This document shows positions 15,965 to 22,964 of a DNA stretch of 25,134 nt, one piece after another (position 1 is the first letter of the stretch; every line of letters starts with the position of its first letter). The notes under the pieces were generated by a model that saw only the letters and a list, made by a program, of their open reading frames with translations, did not search any database and was not told the origin of the DNA. Origin of the DNA: a virus (lineage: Duplodnaviria > Heunggongvirae > Uroviricota > Caudoviricetes); IMG/VR virus record IMGVR_UViG_3300025944_000008; one strand, written 5' to 3'. Made by a program: the position numbers and the translations under genes.

Positions 15965-16324
15965 TTAGCGATGTTCGTCCTTGGACGAGGATTGCGCCCC
16001 CTCCATGAGCTCCTTTTGCAGCTCCATTTGGTGCCTGTACTGCTTCCATGCTGCTCTGTGCGCTCTCTGGCGCAGATAATCGGCCAACTGGCTGTCTGCG
16101 TAGTTCCTGGAGATCAGCTCCTGCAGCGCTTCCTGCTCTGAAAGCCTATCCAGCTCCAGCTCTCCTACTGGAACTAGCTCGATGTAGCCGCTATCGCCTA
16201 CCTGCAGCGTAACGACACCATGCGCTTGTAGCGCCTTAGCGGCTACCAAGCCGATAGCTGCTACTGCGGCATTGGTCAGAGCGCCGATATTCGCCTTCTC
16301 TGGTTCCTGTTCCTGATCGGCCAT
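15965..16324 (-). CDS. hypothetical protein, 119 aa, with atypical codon usage
   Basis: TAAGGAG SD; many GTA/CTA/GCT codons. Confidence 0.7.
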   Translation of the reverse strand: MADQEQEPEKANIGALTNAAVAAIGLVAAKALQAHGVVTLQVGDSGYIELVPVGELELDRLSEQEALQELISRNYADSQLADYLRQRAHRAAWKQYRHQMELQKELMEGAQSSSKDEHR

Positions 16325-16680
16325 TGGGTCTCCTTAGGGGGCGCAATCGAGGCTAACACAAGTCCTCGTCTAGTAGCTGGATAGCTCATAGCCGGCTTAT
16401 AGGGCCGTAGGGAGACAACAGAGGCTGGGATTGTCACAGACCATCACCTGCCTGGTAACTTCGGGGGTGGAGAATGCAAGGAATTTCGCATACTTTGCAG
16501 AGTAGGGCTTATCGGCTTACAGCGGGATAGCTCCAGGCTATCGCCTGGGGAGCTAGCCGGAGACGAGGGCTGTTAGGATTGTTGGTTGCGGTCGATCTAC
16601 TCAGTGTAATGGGGTGAGTCTGTCCTATCTCTCCACTGCTGACCTTCTGCGCGCCCGGTTGGGAGAAGCCCTGGGGCCTC

Positions 16681-16690
16681 TGGGATAAGA
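16681..16690 (+). promoter_or_regulatory. GATAAGA motif (TGGGATAAGA)
   Basis: First motif of the all-plus right arm. Confidence 0.7.
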
Positions 16691-16708
16691 GCTGTGAGGA
16701 GGTGCAGC

Positions 16709-17041
16709 TTGGCTGTGCTGGTTCACTACTTCATTTGCCCCTGTGGCGCCCCTGGGAAGGCTGAGACCAGGAAGCTGCATGACTGCCCCTGCGGCATCAG
16801 CCGCTTCTACAGGACCGCATCTGGGGCGTTCTCGGAGTCGCTCTACAGGACCTACGGCTACCCGTCCAACGTGTACAGGTTCGAGCGCATCGGGGATGTC
16901 TTTGTCTTTGAGCCTGAGGAGGTCTACGAGGATGAGGACTACCAGGGCCCTCGCCGCATTCCGGTCGCGTCCCTGTTGCGGCCTCCCTACTGGGTCGACC
17001 TTCTGAAGCGGCTTTGGCCGCAGCAATCGTGGAGGCTCTGA
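16709..17041 (+). CDS. zinc-ribbon protein, 110 aa (TTG start)
   Basis: AGGAGG SD; VHYFICPCG...CPCG. Confidence 0.75.
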   Translation: MAVLVHYFICPCGAPGKAETRKLHDCPCGISRFYRTASGAFSESLYRTYGYPSNVYRFERIGDVFVFEPEEVYEDEDYQGPRRIPVASLLRPPYWVDLLKRLWPQQSWRL

Positions 17042-17289
17042 TGGACCTGATACTGCTCGCTCATGCTGTGTTCTGGTCACTGCTAGCTGGAGTAGCCGTT
17101 CAGGTGCTCTATCGCGCCACCCAGAAGCACTTCATGCGTTGGTGGATCTGGTTGGGGCTCGTTTTGGTCTACATCGGCATCTACGGCCTGTCAGTGCAGG
17201 TCTGGCACCACAGCGAGCTTTTCGCTGGCTGCATGCTGGGAGCGAGCGCTGTCACGGGCCTCGGGCTCCTACTCATTCAGGAGGATTGA
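17041..17289 (+). CDS. membrane protein, 82 aa, about 3 TM helices
   Basis: TGATG coupling; hydrophobic segments. Confidence 0.8.
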   Translation: MDLILLAHAVFWSLLAGVAVQVLYRATQKHFMRWWIWLGLVLVYIGIYGLSVQVWHHSELFAGCMLGASAVTGLGLLLIQED

Positions 17290-17290
17290 G

Positions 17291-17458
17291 ATGCCCAACT
17301 TCCCCAAGTTCAAGGTCGTGGCCGAGTTCGACACCAAGGCTGAGGCCGAACGTTTCAAGAGCGCTCTGGAGATGCTGATGAACAACTTCTTGGCCTATTC
17401 CGGCGGCGTCCTCATCACGCCCCCTACGCTGCGAATCGAAGAAGACCGGGAGCTGTGA
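17291..17458 (+). CDS. hypothetical protein, 55 aa (MPNFPKFKVVAEFDTKAEAERFK...)
   Basis: GGAGG SD; fills the gap exactly; absent from the track because it is under 60 aa. Confidence 0.75.
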   Translation: MPNFPKFKVVAEFDTKAEAERFKSALEMLMNNFLAYSGGVLITPPTLRIEEDREL

Positions 17459-17459
17459 G

Positions 17460-17966
17460 ATGGGCATGTACACGGCTGTCTGGCTGGACCTGACGCTTAC
17501 GCAGAGGGGCTTTGAGGCTGTATCAGCGTTCTACTACGCTCGCATCGGCCTCACGGCTCTTCAGCGCTACCAGGCAGAGACATGGGCTGTGGTCGCCGAG
17601 CTCTATCCCGAGCTCAAGGGATGGGGAGAGTTCGATCGATGCGACTTCTTGCCCCTCTGCGAGACCACTCTCGAGTTCTGGCCCATGTGGGGCGTTCCTC
17701 TGAGCGAGGATGCGGAGCTCGAGGACGACATTGGCTGGTCTCCTCACCCTGGCCGCCTCTGCGCCGCCAATCGGAACTGGACCTTCACAGCGCAGGTGAA
17801 GAACCACGACGGGGTGGTGGACTACTTCCTCAGTCAGGTCGTTCCTCTCATCGCCGAGAAGGTCAATCGGGGCTGGGTTCGCTACGAGGAGAGCGAGGTG
17901 CCTACGCATTGGCAAGAATGGGTTGCCCGCCGGCTGATCTTCACGAGTTCTCATTCTCAGAGATAA
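17460..17966 (+). CDS. phage-type hypothetical protein, 168 aa
   Basis: MGMYT...KNHDG...FL...RYEE pattern recalled from phage hypotheticals. Confidence 0.8.
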   Translation: MGMYTAVWLDLTLTQRGFEAVSAFYYARIGLTALQRYQAETWAVVAELYPELKGWGEFDRCDFLPLCETTLEFWPMWGVPLSEDAELEDDIGWSPHPGRLCAANRNWTFTAQVKNHDGVVDYFLSQVVPLIAEKVNRGWVRYEESEVPTHWQEWVARRLIFTSSHSQR

Positions 17967-17968
17967 GA
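17959..17968 (+). promoter_or_regulatory. GATAAGA motif (AGAGATAAGA), overlapping the upstream stop
   Basis: 26 nt before ATG 17985. Confidence 0.65.
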
Positions 17969-17984
17969 GAGGATGGAGGTGACC

Positions 17985-18215
17985 ATGACCAAGTGCGTAG
18001 GCCTTTTTGGGCCCTGCAACCGCGACGCTGATCCGCTGTACCAACTCGATGACCCGGATGGCGTCGAGAAGCCCATCCCGCGCTGCAAAGACTGCGCAGA
18101 GGCAAGCGACAGATTCATCGCCGATGTCATTGCCAGCGGTCGCGGTCCCGAGTTCGAGGCCGCGCTTCTGAAAGCAGAGGAAATGTCCAAGGCCGAAGAG
18201 GCCAGGAGGAACTGA
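17985..18215 (+). CDS. Cys-containing protein, 76 aa
   Basis: GGAGGTG SD; C..C...CKDC. Confidence 0.75.
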   Translation: MTKCVGLFGPCNRDADPLYQLDDPDGVEKPIPRCKDCAEASDRFIADVIASGRGPEFEAALLKAEEMSKAEEARRN

Positions 18216-18523
18216 TGAGCTTTCGAGACGGTCGCGTGGAGATCGAGCTGGTGCCCGTTGTGGCAAAGGGCAAGGCGTACAAGGCAACCGAGGACTGTGG
18301 TCTCACGAGTCACTCTCACACCAGGGATGGGCGCATCATCGCCTATCTTCCCGACATCCCGTCCATTGGGGAATGGATCTTGCTCGACGGTCATCCCCTC
18401 CCCATGAAGGTCCTGGACGTCACCTATCTCTGCATGGCGGAGATGGCCCAGCGGGTCGCGAGAGTGGGCATTCGGGCGGGCGAGCCTGATGAGCTCTTGC
18501 CATTGAGCGTTCGAGAGGACTGA
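18215..18523 (+). CDS. hypothetical protein, 102 aa
   Basis: TGATG coupling at both ends. Confidence 0.75.
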   Translation: MSFRDGRVEIELVPVVAKGKAYKATEDCGLTSHSHTRDGRIIAYLPDIPSIGEWILLDGHPLPMKVLDVTYLCMAEMAQRVARVGIRAGEPDELLPLSVRED

Positions 18524-18816
18524 TGACCAAGGACAAGAAGTTCAAGAAAGTCGTTCGAGCGTACGCCGCCGAGAAGGGCCTCTCATACCAGGCTGCGCAC
18601 AACGAGCTCAGCAAGGATAGGGAGGCCTATGCAGCCTCTCGAGCGCGTCTCGATCAACCACTCGGGGACGATCATCTCAGCCCCGTCGAGCTGCGGGCTG
18701 CTGTCTTCCAGGACTGGAGGGACAGAGAGCAGAAAGAGGACGTCCTCGACCACCTCAGCGACTGCGGTATCTGCAAGAAGCGAGTGGACGACGACCGAGC
18801 CGCAAGCCGAGGGTGA
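18523..18816 (+). CDS. 97-aa protein: basic N-terminal helix plus zf-HC2 (ZAS)-like motif
   Basis: HLSPVEL...VLDHLSDCGICKKRV contains H-x3-C-x2-C. Confidence 0.75.
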   Translation: MTKDKKFKKVVRAYAAEKGLSYQAAHNELSKDREAYAASRARLDQPLGDDHLSPVELRAAVFQDWRDREQKEDVLDHLSDCGICKKRVDDDRAASRG

Positions 18817-18820
18817 GAAC

Positions 18821-18830
18821 GGGTATAAGA
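18821..18830 (+). promoter_or_regulatory. TATAAGA motif variant followed by a structured leader
   Basis: GGGTATAAGAACTATG; hairpin at 18836-18872. Confidence 0.55.
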
Positions 18831-18920
18831 ACTATGTAGAAACAGCGTAAGACATAATTTCGCTGGTTCTGCGATCAGCCGCGCCTCACTGGCGGTCACA
18901 ATGCAAATTCTGGGGGTAGG

Positions 18921-19118
18921 GTGATGATGCTCGCATTCCAGGACGTTCCGACCATGCGGTACGAGCTAAGCAAGGAAGACGTTCAGGAGCAGTTCGCGGA
19001 CGCCGAGTTCGAGGAGTTCAAGGATGTGGTAGTTCGGATCGCCGACAATGCCATTCTGAACCGCAACGTGCGAGACCTCAGAGCCCACGCCAAAGAGCTA
19101 GCGCTGCTGATCTTGTGA
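18921..19118 (+). CDS. hypothetical protein, about 65 aa
   Basis: GGGGGT SD-like sequence; followed by hairpins. Confidence 0.7.
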   Translation: MMMLAFQDVPTMRYELSKEDVQEQFADAEFEEFKDVVVRIADNAILNRNVRDLRAHAKELALLIL

Positions 19119-19153
19119 AAGCCAATAACGCCCCACCATTCGGGGCTGGGTAG

Positions 19154-19214
19154 AAGAAAAGGGGAGGGAGGCACTGGTCGCATCTGCCAGATGTGCCCTC
19201 CCCTCTTCTTAGCT
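19154..19214 (+). terminator. extended family hairpin (AAGAAAAGGGGAGGG...CCCTCCCCTCTTCTT) + AGCT
   Basis: Long stem with an inner hairpin and the conserved CTTAGCT tail. Confidence 0.75.
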
Positions 19215-19230
19215 GTCAGCGAGAGAGATC

Positions 19231-19240
19231 GGGGATAAGA
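19231..19240 (+). promoter_or_regulatory. GATAAGA motif (GGGGATAAGA)
   Basis: Follows the terminator. Confidence 0.7.
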
Positions 19241-19286
19241 GAGTATGAGGCTTGAAGTTGCCTCATCACTCACAGGGAGAACTCAT

Positions 19287-19523
19287 ATGCTCAAGATCTC
19301 TGCTCTCGGACTCTCGGCATGCGCGACCGCCACAATGGCTCTTGTGGCAGGCGTTTTGATCGGCGCGGGCATCTGGGAAACCGTCTCTCGCCCCAAGCCC
19401 AAGAAGACGTTCTATGACAGCTTGGCGGAAAAGATCGCGAAAGAGATTGAGGCGCAGTTGGCGGGTGGCCCGATGCCGGACTTCATCAGCGTCAGGATGC
19501 CGATTAAACAGGGGAGGAATTGA
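19287..19523 (+). CDS. small membrane-anchored protein, 78 aa (family member 1)
   Basis: LGLSACATATMALVAGVLIGAG helix. Confidence 0.8.
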   Translation: MLKISALGLSACATATMALVAGVLIGAGIWETVSRPKPKKTFYDSLAEKIAKEIEAQLAGGPMPDFISVRMPIKQGRN

Positions 19524-19765
19524 TGAAATTGATGGTGCTTGGGATGTCCGCCGGTGCCAGCATCACTCTCTCAATCGTCGGTGGTATCATCGTCGGCGCC
19601 AGCTTCGCGGACGCTATCTTCGTAAAGAGGAAGAAGGAGACTGACAGTGACTTGGCAAACAACCTGATCGCCCAAGCACTCGATCACGGTCTCCGAAGTG
19701 CTCACCGGCTGGATTTGCTTGAGCGCGAGGTCGCGGCACTGAGAATGGAAATGAGAAGAATATAG
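19523..19765 (+). CDS. small membrane-anchored protein, 80 aa (family member 2)
   Basis: LGMSAGASITLSIVGGIIVGAS helix and C-terminal coiled coil. Confidence 0.8.
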   Translation: MKLMVLGMSAGASITLSIVGGIIVGASFADAIFVKRKKETDSDLANNLIAQALDHGLRSAHRLDLLEREVAALRMEMRRI

Positions 19766-19775
19766 GAGGCGGGTC

Positions 19776-20045
19776 ATGGTTGCCGAGGTTGCCACTTGGG
19801 TGAAGCTCTTCACGCACTTCCTGATGGTGATGTTCAGCGCTCAGCATACGATCTCGTGGACCGAGGGCACGTGGGAGAAGAAGGAGGCTGCCGAGGTGCG
19901 TGAGGGCGGATTCTTCCTCTACTTCACCATCGACGTCAATGAGGGGCGCAAAGCCAAGGAGGCGTTGAAGAGGGCTGGCGTCCTCTGCAACAAGGTCTTG
20001 GACGGTCCCCAAAACTACTCTTCGGCTACCGTCCTATTCAAGTAG
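19776..20045 (+). CDS. hypothetical protein, 89 aa
   Basis: AGGAGG SD. Confidence 0.75.
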   Translation: MVAEVATWVKLFTHFLMVMFSAQHTISWTEGTWEKKEAAEVREGGFFLYFTIDVNEGRKAKEALKRAGVLCNKVLDGPQNYSSATVLFK

Positions 20046-20062
20046 CTCCCATACGGGGCTGG

Positions 20063-20090
20063 GAGAGGCGCTGGAGGCCTCTCTTTAGCC
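20063..20090 (+). terminator. family hairpin GAGAGGC...GCCTCTC + TTTAGCC
   Basis: After stop 20045 and before the motif at 20108. Confidence 0.75.
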
Positions 20091-20107
20091 ATCTGGGCCA
20101 CCTCCTC

Positions 20108-20117
20108 GGAGATAAGA
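20108..20117 (+). promoter_or_regulatory. GATAAGA motif (GGAGATAAGA)
   Basis: 24 nt before ATG 20132. Confidence 0.7.
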
Positions 20118-20131
20118 ACATGGAGGTGAAT

Positions 20132-20206
20132 ATGAGGCATTTCTTTGAACGGATTCTCGTGAAGGTGATCGGCAAGCTTCTCGACGGCCATGCGCCGATG
20201 TTCTGA
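20132..20206 (+). CDS. 24-aa micro-ORF MRHFFERILVKVIGKLLDGHAPMF
   Basis: GGAGGTG SD; TGATG coupling to the next gene. Confidence 0.6.
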   Translation: MRHFFERILVKVIGKLLDGHAPMF

Positions 20207-20394
20207 TGCTGCACTACGCTGTCTCGGCCGTCACCTGGTTGGTCATGCTGGTTCTTCTGTTGTGCATCCGACCTTTCGCAGCAGATCGGATGTACTGGAT
20301 GTTCGCAATCGCCATCAGTCTGATCAACGGCTGTCTCTGCACGCTGCGCCTCTTGGTGGCTAAGGACACCAAGACACACTCTCACAACATCTGA
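20206..20394 (+). CDS. two-TM membrane protein, 62 aa
   Basis: Two hydrophobic helices. Confidence 0.75.
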   Translation: MLHYAVSAVTWLVMLVLLLCIRPFAADRMYWMFAIAISLINGCLCTLRLLVAKDTKTHSHNI

Positions 20395-20443
20395 CTGCAC
20401 GTCTCTCACTGCCCGGAATGGGGAGGAGAAAGGAGAACCGGCT

Positions 20444-20674
20444 ATGTGGAAGAAGGCGACGCTTTTGGGGATGTCCGCTGCAGCTTCGATGACGCTGGCT
20501 GTTGTTACTGGTGTCGTCGCCGGCGCCGGAATCACCTTCGCGGTTTCCGAACGGCGGAGAAGGCAGGACATCAAGAACATGGGGATCGAGCTGACCGAGT
20601 TGACCGGCCACATTGTCGAGCTGCGGCGAGAAGTCGCCTCGTTCGACAAGGCGTTGGGTGGTCCCGCAACCTGA
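20444..20674 (+). CDS. small membrane-anchored protein, 76 aa (family member 3)
   Basis: AAGGAG SD; LGMSAAASMTLAVVTGVVAGAG helix plus coiled coil. Confidence 0.85.
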   Translation: MWKKATLLGMSAAASMTLAVVTGVVAGAGITFAVSERRRRQDIKNMGIELTELTGHIVELRREVASFDKALGGPAT

Positions 20675-20848
20675 TCCTGAACTGAGGGCCTTCCGGGTTC
20701 CCAGCTCCGAAACGATCAACGCAGTATGGACGTGCTAGACCTGTCTGGCGAGAGCCGGGCCATCCAGAGGGCTCTCCTGACCTTCTGGGTGGCCTGGCTC
20801 CGGGTTCGATACCGAACGACCTTATCGAGCAGGTGAAGGGAGTGGACG

Positions 20849-21178
20849 ATGGTGATCATCATCTCGTACGAAGAGGCGATGGCCATGAAGCTGGTGCGCT
20901 GCAAGTACTGCATCCACTGGCCCAATGGCCACATGAGTACCGGCGCGAGACGCTGTGGCCAATGCAGGAAGTGCCATGGCTACTCGGAGGTGAAGGTGGG
21001 TGAGGACGTGACGTCGGACCTGACTTCCTTCCTCGAGAGCTTCCCACCCTGCACCGCAAATTGTGCCGAGCACAAGCTGCCACCATGCAGGAACTGCCAG
21101 GCGGCAGAGCTGCTCGGTCGGGTAAAGGAGGGACAGAACCCCAAGGATAGCGTGGAAAGTGAGAGAATAGCTCTCTAG
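20849..21178 (+). CDS. Cys-rich zinc-binding protein, 109 aa
   Basis: CKYC, CGQCRKC, C..CAEH..PPCRNC. Confidence 0.75.
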   Translation: MVIIISYEEAMAMKLVRCKYCIHWPNGHMSTGARRCGQCRKCHGYSEVKVGEDVTSDLTSFLESFPPCTANCAEHKLPPCRNCQAAELLGRVKEGQNPKDSVESERIAL

Positions 21179-21179
21179 C

Positions 21180-21189
21180 GGAGATAAGC
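21180..21189 (+). promoter_or_regulatory. GATAAG motif (GGAGATAAGC), preceded by a short GAGAG/CTCTC hairpin + TAGC
   Basis: Heads the lipoprotein gene. Confidence 0.6.
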
Positions 21190-21223
21190 TCCTGTGCTGA
21201 AACTAAACACAGGAGAAGCCACC

Positions 21224-21673
21224 ATGTACAAATTCTTCTTCGTCGTCCTCGCTCTTGTCTCTGGCTGCTCGGGCTTCCAGTTCCCGAAGGAGCCGCCCTC
21301 GGCTGACGAGCAGGAGACCGCCTTCACTGCGGTGTGGGACAACATCTACACCGCCAAGCAGTTCCCCCGCCCGATCGTCAACTTCGACCAGCCCGACTGC
21401 ACCGACGACTACGGCACGCCTGGCATCAAGACGCCGTCCACGGGCCGCTGCCTCCAGGGCTGGAACGGACAGCACGAGATCCACATCCTCTGGACCGGCG
21501 ACTGGAAGACCAGCTCCTTCGCCCACGAGCTCTTCCACGCCTACATCATCGACACCACGCCTTCGTGGCTGCAGTCCCGCATCGCCGGCGACCCGAACCA
21601 CGAGGACCCTCGCTGGATCAGCATCGTGAAGGACAAGGCCAGCGATTGGGGTGCTCCTGACCTGGTGTACTGA
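21224..21673 (+). CDS. lipoprotein with HEXXH zincin metallopeptidase motif, 149 aa
   Basis: AGGAG SD; signal peptide with lipobox LVSG-C; FAHELFHA and a downstream GDPNH. Confidence 0.85.
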   Translation: MYKFFFVVLALVSGCSGFQFPKEPPSADEQETAFTAVWDNIYTAKQFPRPIVNFDQPDCTDDYGTPGIKTPSTGRCLQGWNGQHEIHILWTGDWKTSSFAHELFHAYIIDTTPSWLQSRIAGDPNHEDPRWISIVKDKASDWGAPDLVY

Positions 21674-21945
21674 TGAAGTTCGTCCACTACTTCAACTGCG
21701 TCTGCAAGCGGCGTGATGGACGCCCAATGCAGCTCTCGGCGGTGACAGGAGGACACGTCAGATGCAAGTGCGGCACAAAGTGGTACGTCAACAACCCCGA
21801 CCGCATCTGCACTGGTAGTCCTCCCACTGTTGCTCTCACGGTCAACTCATCTGGGATCCTCGAGAGCGGGCACACAGCAAACTGCGCATGCCACATATGC
21901 GCGATTCTAGCCTTCCTCGGATCGGATAAAGAGGCCGCAACATGA
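21673..21945 (+). CDS. zinc-ribbon protein, 90 aa
   Basis: VHYFNCVC...CKCG, H..NCACHIC; TGATG coupling. Confidence 0.75.
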   Translation: MKFVHYFNCVCKRRDGRPMQLSAVTGGHVRCKCGTKWYVNNPDRICTGSPPTVALTVNSSGILESGHTANCACHICAILAFLGSDKEAAT

Positions 21946-21955
21946 AGGCCCCGCG

Positions 21956-21965
21956 CGGTATAAGA
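21956..21965 (+). promoter_or_regulatory. TATAAGA motif variant (CGGTATAAGA)
   Basis: Immediately precedes the long hairpin. Confidence 0.55.
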
Positions 21966-22157
21966 ACTGTGACAGCGAGGCGGATCATTTCTTCATCTCC
22001 CCCCAACCCCCTGAACGGAGAGATGATCCGCCCGCTGTCCGCAGTCAATGGAAGAGGTGTTCTTATGAAGCAGCGACGACGGAACCAGCAGCTCGACCTC
22101 GCAATGGGGTCGGTCGTTGCACTGGGGCTCTGGCCTGCAAAGGCCACATTTCTTAGA
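21966..22157 (+). ncRNA. putative structured small RNA with a long stem and C-rich loop
   Basis: Arms 21966-21994 and 22017-22045 pair almost fully; loop contains CCCCCC-AA-CCCCC; second domain 22070-22120; hairpin + TCTTAG at 22131-22156. Confidence 0.55.
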
Positions 22158-22161
22158 TATC

Positions 22162-22171
22162 GGAGATAAGA
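22162..22171 (+). promoter_or_regulatory. GATAAGA motif (GGAGATAAGA)
   Basis: 27 nt before ATG 22189. Confidence 0.7.
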
Positions 22172-22188
22172 GCGGTGAAGGAGGACGC

Positions 22189-22557
22189 ATGGATATTATT
22201 GACGCAATGGAGAGGATCAGCAGTTCGGGGAAGGATGAGGATCTTCAGGTAGCGTGCTGGCTGCGAGAGCTCGTCTTTCGTCGGATCATGATGCAGCCGA
22301 TGATCGGTAACAAACCGTCCGCAGAGCTGTTCGACGAACGTGCGGAGGCCGCTGCGCAGGCGACAGGGCTTGGGCACGAGCTGCACAACTTCGACCTCAT
22401 CGGTGACACAAGCACGGTAGAGGGAAGCTGCGGTACTTGCGGATCTTCCGTCCACATCGATCCGAGGGGTAGTATCACTGGCAAGGCGGTAGAGGAGTTC
22501 TGCTCGGAGGCCAAGACGACGCTGGTGGAGAAGGTGAAGCTGAAGCTCGTGCTCTGA
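22189..22557 (+). CDS. hypothetical protein, 122 aa (H..CGTC..C)
   Basis: AAGGAGG SD. Confidence 0.8.
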   Translation: MDIIDAMERISSSGKDEDLQVACWLRELVFRRIMMQPMIGNKPSAELFDERAEAAAQATGLGHELHNFDLIGDTSTVEGSCGTCGSSVHIDPRGSITGKAVEEFCSEAKTTLVEKVKLKLVL

Positions 22558-22599
22558 CCAACAACCAACAACGGAAAGATCAGAAGAGGGGAGGGAGAG

Positions 22600-22845
22600 A
22601 TGGCCTACATGATCCAGAGGGTGCCGCGGGTTCCTACTCACGACGAGCTGTCGATCCGCATCGAAGATGCACGCCACGCCGTCGAAGAGATCAGCCTTGC
22701 TCCCAATCTGAATGAAGCATTCAAGAACGCGCTTCATCTGATGGTCGAGCGCCTCGAGGAATACGACAGCACCGAGTCCAAGCTCTTCGCTCTCCTCAAT
22801 CTCGAGGAGACATTGAAAGCATACCGTCTCCACATAGCTTCCTGA
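22600..22845 (+). CDS. helical hypothetical protein, 81 aa
   Basis: GGAGGG SD. Confidence 0.8.
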   Translation: MAYMIQRVPRVPTHDELSIRIEDARHAVEEISLAPNLNEAFKNALHLMVERLEEYDSTESKLFALLNLEETLKAYRLHIAS

Positions 22846-22851
22846 GTACAC

Positions 22852-22876
22852 AAGAGGCCTCGTGCCTCTTTTTAGT
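22852..22876 (+). terminator. family hairpin AAGAGGC-CTCGT-GCCTCTT + TTTAGT
   Basis: After stop 22845. Confidence 0.8.
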
Positions 22877-22882
22877 TTTCAG

Positions 22883-22892
22883 TGAGATAAGA
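22883..22892 (+). promoter_or_regulatory. GATAAGA motif (TGAGATAAGA)
   Basis: 6 nt after the terminator tail. Confidence 0.7.
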
Positions 22893-22908
22893 GGGTGTGG
22901 AAGGGAGC

Positions 22909-22962
22909 ATGATTTTCTTCCTCGTCCGAGGACGATTTCACTCGTATCTCACAGGAGGCTAG
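22909..22962 (+). CDS. possible 17-aa micro-ORF MIFFLVRGRFHSYLTGG
   Basis: AAGGGAG SD; ATG 26 nt from the motif, the usual first-gene spacing. Confidence 0.4.
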   Translation: MIFFLVRGRFHSYLTGG

Positions 22963-22964
22963 AC

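Noticed and set aside
20790-20812. GGTTCGATAC resembling a tRNA T-loop
   Set aside because: The flanks do not form a 5-bp T stem, and there is no acceptor stem, D arm or anticodon arm.
20726-20836. 36-aa ORF MDVLDLSGESRAIQRALLTFWVAWLRVRYRTTLSSR filling a gap
   Set aside because: No SD and no coupling; cannot be supported.
21942-22169. 75-aa track ORF
   Set aside because: It runs through a promoter motif, a long RNA stem and a terminator-like hairpin, and has no clear SD. Only the 34-aa tail from 22065 stays possible.
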